Shown here: piece by piece, positions 57,635 through 64,000 of the stretch
How the letters are laid out: every line of letters starts with the position of its first letter
Numbering within the stretch: position 1 is the stretch's first letter
Assembly (NCBI GenBank): GCA_944392255.1
Contig: CALXVY010000006.1
Span: forward strand, 6,557-70,556
Source: an uncultured Alphaproteobacteria bacterium
GTDB taxonomy: Bacteria; Pseudomonadota; Alphaproteobacteria; RF32; CAG-239
Length of the DNA: 64,000 bases
Direction: 5' to 3'
Notes under the pieces: generated by a model
Seen by the model: only the letters and a program-made list of their open reading frames with translations
The model's database searches: none
Told to the model about the DNA's origin: nothing
Position numbers and translations under genes: made by a program

Positions 57635-58277
57635 AACAAGCCTCTATCATCATTAGGTTTTGCAACATGTTTTCAGGAGATGATACAACCCTACCCTGCA
57701 TGCCAAATTTTTTACAAAAGCGGATAAGTTCTTCATCATCATCAAGCAAAATTGCTTCTTCATATTTAATGTTATTATTTCTTAAAAAATAGTCAAAAAA
57801 CAGCAATTTCTTATTTTTAGCATCGTGTTTCAAACATTTGAGTGTGGAAGAACACAAAATTGCATCAAAATACTTATGTAATTTGAGTGCCGGCACTGTA
57901 TAATCTTCAAAAACATCGACATTGTCGGTAGCTATAACCACTTTTTTGCCTTTTTCTCTGAGACGTTTTATCCATTTTTTATAGTCAGGGCGGTCAAATT
58001 TCATTTTCTCGCAACTTGCTTGAAGAAGTCTAGAAATTTCTTGTATATTCAAGTCGTCTTGACAGATTTCCTTTAAGATATCCTCTTTTGTCAAAGCGCC
58101 TTTCATCCAATCAATAAATTTTTCTAGCGGCATTTCTTCAAACAAGCGATGTTCTAGCTTGTCGAACAGCTTTTTATTGCGCCGTTTGATGAATTGAAAA
58201 AAAACGCGAGAACACAAGGTCTTATGCCAGTCAACAAAGACAACTTTGATGCGGTATAATCTCTTGCTTTCTCGCAT
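57615..58277 (-). CDS. HAD-like hydrolase, atypical motif I (paralog A)
   Basis: Motif I is VFVDWHKTL (second Asp replaced by His). Motif II VVIATDN. Lys in CLKHD. Motif IV ILLDDD. Collinear with paralog B. Confidence 0.7.
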   Translation of the reverse strand: MRESKRLYRIKVVFVDWHKTLCSRVFFQFIKRRNKKLFDKLEHRLFEEMPLEKFIDWMKGALTKEDILKEICQDDLNIQEISRLLQASCEKMKFDRPDYKKWIKRLREKGKKVVIATDNVDVFEDYTVPALKLHKYFDAILCSSTLKCLKHDAKNKKLLFFDYFLRNNNIKYEEAILLDDDEELIRFCKKFGMQGRVVSSPENMLQNLMMIEACCDRCEF

Positions 58278-58286
58278 ATCGTTCTC

Positions 58287-59618
58287 CTAGTTACAAGAAA
58301 TTTGCATTGGTTTGATAGCAATTGTTGGCGAGCCACAACCATCCGGCGTAAATTTTAAGTCATTACCGATTAGTTCAATATCTTGCCAAAGCTCGTAAAC
58401 ATTACCTGAAATGGTGAGTTGATTTAGAGCTTTATCAATTTTGCCATCTTTAATCAAAAAACCTTCAGCGCCAAAAGAAAAGTCTCCCGAAACAGAAGAA
58501 TATCCGGCATGGGTACCGGTTAAATCGGTGATGTAAACACCCTCTTTTGTTTGTTGCAAGATTTCATCTTTGCTCAAGTTTCCGTTTTCAAGATAGAAAT
58601 TGGAATAAGACACACCTCTTGCGCCTCCTCCGATACCATTTCCGGTTGGAGTAACACCAAACTTATGCGCCGTGCGCAGATTATGGAGCAAGGTTTGCAA
58701 CACACCGTTTTTGATAATGACATTTATTTGGTTTGGATATCCCTCGCCGTCAAAAGCACTGGTGCGATAACCATTATCAAGTAACGGATTATCAACCAGT
58801 GTTACGCCATCAGCCGCAACTTTTTGCTTGAGCTTATCTCCAAACTTAGAATGTTTTTCTTCAACAGCAGTAGCAGAAAACAGATTTTTCATTATATCTA
58901 AGAAGTCGGCATAGCATTCATTTTCAAAAACAATTTTATATTTGCCGCTCGGAATTGAAATTGGATTAAGCTTTTTTACGGCTTTTTCTACGACTTTTTG
59001 CGCCATAAGTTCGGGATTAAGGTCTTCTTTTTTATCAAATTTCACATATTCGGAGGCGGTTTTAATAACACCATTTTCTTCCACAGAAAGATAAATTCCA
59101 GCAAAAGCCCATTTTGACCCTTCACTCACATTCAGGTCCAAAGAATTGCGAATTGAGTTTTGATATGTTCCTTCATTTAAGTAACATGAAATAACCTTTT
59201 TGACGCGTTTATCTAGGGTATATGCCGTCTTTTCCAAATCGAGCAAAAACTTTTCTTTATCTAGCGTTTCATATTCTTTTATCGGGGTATTTCTTTTAAC
59301 GGCCGGATATTCTCTCTTTTCACCAAAGAAGAAATTTTCTTCCTCATTATTCATCAGCAAAGCATTTTCTTTAGCTTCTTTGATGATAAGTGGAATATTT
59401 TTTTCTTCTAACTCCCCACAATCAAAAGACCCAATGTTTTGCCCCTCTTTAATGGAGAAAGACAGATGTTGAGTGTTTTTGAAACTGCGTTTTTCAATTT
59501 TACCATCCATCACTTTTAGGGACAAATTTTCGCTTTGACTATAATCAATTTGAAATTGATTGATGCCTTGAGCTTGACTTGCCTGATATAATTTTTCAAT
59601 AAATTCTTGTGCTTGCAT
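58287..59618 (-). CDS. pmbA: Metalloprotease partner PmbA/TldE
   Basis: TldD/PmbA family C-terminal pattern: VSYSNFYLENG, GVYITDLTGTHAG, SGDFSFGAEGFLIKDGK, and GCGSPTIAI. Confidence 0.88.
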   Translation of the reverse strand: MQAQEFIEKLYQASQAQGINQFQIDYSQSENLSLKVMDGKIEKRSFKNTQHLSFSIKEGQNIGSFDCGELEEKNIPLIIKEAKENALLMNNEEENFFFGEKREYPAVKRNTPIKEYETLDKEKFLLDLEKTAYTLDKRVKKVISCYLNEGTYQNSIRNSLDLNVSEGSKWAFAGIYLSVEENGVIKTASEYVKFDKKEDLNPELMAQKVVEKAVKKLNPISIPSGKYKIVFENECYADFLDIMKNLFSATAVEEKHSKFGDKLKQKVAADGVTLVDNPLLDNGYRTSAFDGEGYPNQINVIIKNGVLQTLLHNLRTAHKFGVTPTGNGIGGGARGVSYSNFYLENGNLSKDEILQQTKEGVYITDLTGTHAGYSSVSGDFSFGAEGFLIKDGKIDKALNQLTISGNVYELWQDIELIGNDLKFTPDGCGSPTIAIKPMQISCN

Positions 59619-60999
59619 TATTTTTGTCCTCCGACGGTGATGTTCTTAACACGGATAGTGGGTTGTCCAACTGTGGTTGGAATTTTGCCTGAAGAGGCAC
59701 CGCACATACCACAGGCTAAACTCATATTATTGCCAACCATATCAATGTTTTGCAAGACTTCTTGTCCGGAGCCAATCAGTTTGGCGCCTTTGACTTGTTT
59801 GGTGATTTTACCATTTTCTATCAGATATGCCCTATCTACTGAAAAGTTAAATTCTCCGGTTGACATTTTGACCGAACCACCGCCCATTTTTATGGCATAA
59901 ATACCTTTTTCAGTGTTAGCAATAATTTCATCGTGCGTGGATTTGCCATTAGCGATAAAGGTATTGCTCATGCGTGATGTCGGTGCAAAAGTATAATTCT
60001 GACGACGACTGCAGCCATTAGGTTCTACTCCCATACGACGCCCGTTTAATCTATCGACCATATAGTTTTTCAAAATGCCGTTTTCTATCAAGAGTTTTCT
60101 TTGGGTTTTAATGCCTTCGTCATCGACCTTAATTGAGCCCCAAGCATGGTCAATCGTTGCATCATCATAAGCCGTGACCAAAGGAGATGCTATTTGCTGC
60201 CCAAGCTTTTCAGCAAATACAGAAGCATCTTTTGCTACACCTTCAGCTTCCAGACCATGGCCGCATGCCTCGTGGAATATCACGCCACCAAAACCATTAC
60301 CTATCACGACATCCATTTTACCTGACGGACAAAGTTCGGCCGAAAGTTTAGATACGGAATCAGCAGCCACATTTTCGGCAAATTCTTGCAGGTTTCTGCC
60401 ATCAAATAACTCTAAACCATACAACCCACCAAAATTGTCTCCGGCAACCTCTGTTATGTTATCTTCTTGTGCAATGCTTGCTAAATGAAAGCGGCTGCGC
60501 GCAATGGTATCTTCTGCCCAAACACCTAAAGAGTTGGCCAGCAAGGTATGGCGTGTTGTTTCTTGATAATTGGAATCGGCCTTGCAAACAAGCGGACTGG
60601 CGTTTAGTGCATATTCGCTGATTTTGAGCATCAATTCTGCTTTTTCCTTTTGCTTTTGCTCTCAAATGGTTTTAAAATTTGGTGTTTTCTCTCAAGTTCT
60701 AAATCTCTCAAATCAAAAGCAATGTCCTTTTGGCTTGATTTTATACCCATTGCTGCTTTTTTTGCGGTTTTGAGCAAATTTTCTCTATCCATCAAATTGG
60801 TATAAGCATAAACAGAATTTACGCCGTCAAAAATGCGAATGCCGGCACCATAACTCAGATCTGATGTTGAATTTTTGATTTTTCTTTCAGATGTAAACAA
60901 GCTACTTGTCAAAGTGTTTTCAACAAAAATTTCGGCATAATCGCCACCTGTGGACAAAGCTTCATTCAAAATTTCTGCTACCAAATTTTTATCAAGCAA
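59618..60999 (-). pseudogene. tldD: tldD interrupted by a single frameshift (122-aa N-fragment 60631..60999, 338-aa C-fragment 59618..60634)
   Basis: The N-fragment carries the TldD N-terminus (GGDYAEIFVE, GAGIRIF). The C-fragment carries HEACGHGLE and GMCGASSGKIPTTVGQPTIRVKNITVGG. The C frame reads EQKQKEKAELMLKISEYA upstream of its start. The frames switch within T/A homopolymer tracts at 60641-60657. Confidence 0.85.
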
Positions 61000-61009
61000 A
61001 TTTCTTCTC

Positions 61010-61690
61010 CTAGATATTGTTCAATAAATTTTTCAATACGGCAAAAGATTTGTTAGCCATTTCACCCCAAAAATCGGCATATTGCTGATGATTATCATTG
61101 CTTCTCAGCGGATTGTCACTGATTATGCGCAAGCTAATAAATGGTGTCTTTTTCATATAGCAAACTTGAGCTACAGCACAAGATTCCATATCCACCGCCA
61201 AAGCATCATCAAACAATTTGCGAATGTTTTTTGCTCCTTCAATCCCTGATATAAATTTATCGCCACTTGTTATAAGCCCTTTATAAACGACATCACTTTC
61301 TTTTATTTTTTCAATTAAACTTGTATCGGCTTCAAAATACAAGGGAAAATCTTGCACCTGACCATAGGCATTGGGCTCTAAACACCAAACGTCATTATAG
61401 ACGGTTTTAGTGCCAACCACAATATCCATTTGTTTTACATTATCGCCCACACCACCGGCAACACCTGAGTTAATCACGCAATCGGGTTGAAATTTATCAA
61501 TCAGTTCTGTGGTCTTAACGGCGGCGCAAACTTTACCAATACCACTTTGAGTTAAAATGATTTCTTTATCATTAAGAGTCCCTCTTATATAGCCGTCTTG
61601 TTCTTTGGGGTTTGATAATATATTTTTGATTGATGCTATCTCTTTACTCATAGCGGCAATAATGGCAATTTTTTTCATAGTCTTTTCCAT
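61010..61690 (-). CDS. mtnN: 5'-methylthioadenosine/S-adenosylhomocysteine nucleosidase
   Basis: KIAIIAAM, SGIGKVCAA, VINSGVAGG, AVDMESCAVAQVC, and LRIISD. The start may be ATG 61678. Confidence 0.9.
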   Translation of the reverse strand: MEKTMKKIAIIAAMSKEIASIKNILSNPKEQDGYIRGTLNDKEIILTQSGIGKVCAAVKTTELIDKFQPDCVINSGVAGGVGDNVKQMDIVVGTKTVYNDVWCLEPNAYGQVQDFPLYFEADTSLIEKIKESDVVYKGLITSGDKFISGIEGAKNIRKLFDDALAVDMESCAVAQVCYMKKTPFISLRIISDNPLRSNDNHQQYADFWGEMANKSFAVLKNLLNNI

Positions 61691-62010
61691 GTTCTTTGTT
61701 TGTTAATTTCTTCTTTTTCTCTAAATGCTTCTTCCAGACTTATACCATGAATATTGGCAATGGAACAAAGATATATCAAAACATCGGCCAATTCAAGCTT
61801 GACGTTTCCGGCAACTGAGCCACTGCCGATGCTGCCGCCTTTGGTATTTTTTCGCACAGCAGAAATCAGTTCACCAACCTCTTCTGCTAGCAAACAACAT
61901 TCATAAATTGGCTCTACTCTAAAACCTCGTTCGGCTTTCATTTCTTTGACATATTGCTGAAAATCCGCCATAGTGGGATTTTCTTTCAAAAAAAGCTTAC
62001 TTTCTGCCAT
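61675..62010 (-). CDS. MazG-like nucleoside triphosphate pyrophosphohydrolase (single-domain)
   Basis: LLAEEVGELISAVRK and ELADVLIYLCSIANIHGISLEEA. Confidence 0.8.
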   Translation of the reverse strand: MAESKLFLKENPTMADFQQYVKEMKAERGFRVEPIYECCLLAEEVGELISAVRKNTKGGSIGSGSVAGNVKLELADVLIYLCSIANIHGISLEEAFREKEEINKQRTWKRL

Positions 62011-62013
62011 TCT

Positions 62014-62949
62014 TTACTCCAAATTTTGCAAAAATTCTTTCATTTCGGTGTGCATAGTTTCGTCCAACAATTTGCTCGAATGTCCTTTTGCCGGAACAAA
62101 TATGAGTTTAGACATAGGCAAGACCTTGTGCAAACGATAAGCGTTTATCGGTGGGCAGATAAAGTCTAGTCGATTATGCAAAATAAGGGTTGGAATATCA
62201 TCAATTTTATATGCATTATCAATTATCTCATCATCTTCCAACATAAAATTTTGTGCTGCGTAATTGATATATATTTTTTGCATATTAATCTCTTTTTCAT
62301 CGGGAATATAGTCGCCAAACTTAGGGTCTAAACTTCCTAGAACACGCTCCCAACAACCATACTTGGTAGCAGCTTGTGTTTCTTGTTCCAAATTCTCAGA
62401 ATTTATGAGTTTGGCATAATATTCCGGAATTAAATAATTATCTGAGATATTTGCTTTTAAGGCATCTAGCATATCTGGATAAAATAGACCACTTTGTTTT
62501 AATTCCCATTTTAGAGAATCTTTATTAGCTAAAAAGATTTTGGATAAAATCATGGCCTTGACAACTTTGGGATAAGTAATGGCAAACATCAAAGCCATGG
62601 TTGACCCCCAAGAACCGCCAAAAAGAATGACTTTGTCGTTTATTTCCAAGAGTTCCAATAAACGCACGACATCATCGACATTGTCTTGTGTTGTGTTATG
62701 TTCCATGCATCCGGCAGGTTCTGATTTTCCGCAACCTCTTTGGTCAAACATCACAACGCGATATTTTTTCAAGTCAAATTTCTTTGCCGTTTCCGCTCTG
62801 GACCAATACCCAGGTCCGCCGTGAAAACAAATAATTGCCTCTCCTTGTGGATTACCAAACTCGCGATAATATACTTTGTGTCCGTCTAACTCCGGTAAAT
62901 AACCTTCATTAAATGGTTTGGGTATAAACCAATTGCTCCAAAATGCCAT
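62014..62949 (-). CDS. pip: Proline iminopeptidase (alpha/beta hydrolase)
   Basis: FHGGPGY, FDQRGCGKS, and nucleophile GGSWGSTMAL. Confidence 0.85.
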   Translation of the reverse strand: MAFWSNWFIPKPFNEGYLPELDGHKVYYREFGNPQGEAIICFHGGPGYWSRAETAKKFDLKKYRVVMFDQRGCGKSEPAGCMEHNTTQDNVDDVVRLLELLEINDKVILFGGSWGSTMALMFAITYPKVVKAMILSKIFLANKDSLKWELKQSGLFYPDMLDALKANISDNYLIPEYYAKLINSENLEQETQAATKYGCWERVLGSLDPKFGDYIPDEKEINMQKIYINYAAQNFMLEDDEIIDNAYKIDDIPTLILHNRLDFICPPINAYRLHKVLPMSKLIFVPAKGHSSKLLDETMHTEMKEFLQNLE

Positions 62950-63055
62950 ATTTCCTCCTCTTTTTTTCTTAATTTAGCCTATTTACTGCCTATAACAAAA
63001 CAAAAAAGTTGTTTTTTTAACATATATCATCTTTAATATGTTCAGGAGAATAAAC

Positions 63056-63784
63056 ATGACAAGAATTTACAAAAATATTCTGATTTTAACCGGTGCCGGT
63101 ATTTCTGCCGAATCCGGTCTGGCAACCTTTAGAAGCTCTAACGGATTATGGAATAATCATAAGGTTGAAGATGTAGCTACGATTGAGGGTTTTGAGCGCA
63201 ATCCGGCTTTGGTGCACGATTTTTATAACGAACTAAAAGTCGAAGTGCAAAAAGCAGAACCCAACCCTGCTCATTTAGCTCTCACCAAACTTCAACAAGA
63301 GTATCCGGCTGAAATTAATATTGTCACACAAAATGTGGATACACTCCATGAAAAAGCCGGAAACAAAAATGTTTATCATATTCATGGGCAAATCAACCAA
63401 GCCGTTTGCCTTAATTGCGGTCATGTGCTTGAAACTTGGGGCGATGTGGATACAGAAACAGTTTGTCCTCAATGCGAAGTTGCCGGTATGATGAAACCCA
63501 ATATTGTCTTTTTTGGTGAAAATCTCTTATGCATGGATAAGGTAGAAGAATTTTTAAGAAAATGTGACTTGTTCATTTCTATCGGAACGTCGGGTGTGGT
63601 TTATCCTGCCGCCGGCTTTGTGCAAACAGCCAAATATTATGGCGCAGACACGATAGAATTTACTCTTGATTTGACAGCTAATAACTATCTTTTTGACAAA
63701 CATGTTCTGGGAAAAGCAGGAGAAACTTTACCCAAATATGTTGATGACTTGATTGCTTTAGTAAAGAAAAACCCCGCCGAATAG
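63056..63784 (+). CDS. cobB: NAD-dependent protein deacylase (Sir2 family, CobB)
   Basis: LTGAGISAESGL, TQNVDTLHEKAG, HIHG, and a Zn ribbon CLNCGH..CPQC. ATG 63056 follows AGGAGA. Confidence 0.9.
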   Translation: MTRIYKNILILTGAGISAESGLATFRSSNGLWNNHKVEDVATIEGFERNPALVHDFYNELKVEVQKAEPNPAHLALTKLQQEYPAEINIVTQNVDTLHEKAGNKNVYHIHGQINQAVCLNCGHVLETWGDVDTETVCPQCEVAGMMKPNIVFFGENLLCMDKVEEFLRKCDLFISIGTSGVVYPAAGFVQTAKYYGADTIEFTLDLTANNYLFDKHVLGKAGETLPKYVDDLIALVKKNPAE

Positions 63785-63795
63785 CGGGGTTTTTT
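63767..63795. terminator. Bidirectional intrinsic terminator
   Basis: CCCCGC-CGAATA-GCGGGG flanked by A and T runs. Overlaps the cobB stop. Confidence 0.7.
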
Positions 63796-63811
63796 GTGCT
63801 TTTTTTTAGTA

Positions 63812-64000
63812 TTATTTACCAAAAATTCCCAACTCTTTTACTCTATCTTTAACGCCGCCAACAACTTTATTTAAGTTTTCATTAGCAACGGATTTTAAAT
63901 CTCCGAGTTGGCTTTCAACAACAGTTTTTGAAGCTGTTTTCAAAATGTTGTTCAAAATCTTGGTGATAGATGTCGCAATGCTTTCACCTTTCTTTTCATC
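63812..64000 (-). CDS. 3' end of an unidentified gene running off the window (62 codons + TAA)
   Basis: The frame is open to the window edge and reads ...ITKILNNILKTASKTVVESQLGDLKSVANENLNKVVGGVKDRVKELGIFGK*. Terminator downstream. Not in the ORF track because it has no start codon. Confidence 0.4.
   Translation of the reverse strand, partial: DEKKGESIATSITKILNNILKTASKTVVESQLGDLKSVANENLNKVVGGVKDRVKELGIFGK

Noticed and set aside
63056-63784. Sir2-family gene considered as a defence-type (Thoeris/DSR-like) effector, together with the nearby MazG, NUDIX and HD genes.
   Set aside because: It has the compact CobB architecture with an intact Zn ribbon and catalytic His. It has no fused sensor domain and no TIR or other partner, so it looks like a housekeeping deacylase.

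Overview
This is an AT-rich chromosomal window with Gram-negative envelope genes. The best-conserved proteins (RecA, Lon, HU, S4, FabI, GatCAB, DUF374-WaaA-LpxK, OpgG) look alphaproteobacterial by motif recall; I ran no search. I can support about 65 protein-coding genes, 3 tRNAs (Pro-GGG, Ser-GCT, Val-TAC), one minimal IS200-type element, one frameshifted gene (tldD) and several intrinsic terminators. I found no rRNA, CRISPR array, prophage or recognisable defence island. Most of the window is housekeeping: ABC exporters, recA, fabI, sppA, gatCAB, a lipid A/Kdo operon, lon, hup, an ApbE-RseC-RnfBCDGEA locus, rpsD and cobB. I found no single clear-cut novel system. The parts the gene models do not explain are: (1) both tRNA-Pro and tRNA-Val are followed by direct duplications of their own 3' ends plus terminator modules and by inverted degenerate copies of their own T-arm regions. 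(2) The rnfA 3' region is GC-rich and multi-hairpin, with two hairpins that differ by a compensatory base-pair swap. (3) A yejE-yejF importer remnant lacks a binding protein and a second permease, and is translationally coupled to a 730-aa polytopic membrane protein. (4) A tightly packed 8-gene minus-strand operon mixes a proline iminopeptidase, MazG, MTA nucleosidase, TldD/PmbA, two atypical HAD-like paralogs and an HD phosphohydrolase. (5) An orphan PilT-like ATPase with a long Q/N/P-rich N-terminus sits beside N/Q-rich secreted proteins. (6) A FliN (SpoA-domain) gene is translationally coupled to the Kdo/lipid A operon. All functional calls come from reading the supplied translations for motifs and remembered family signatures.
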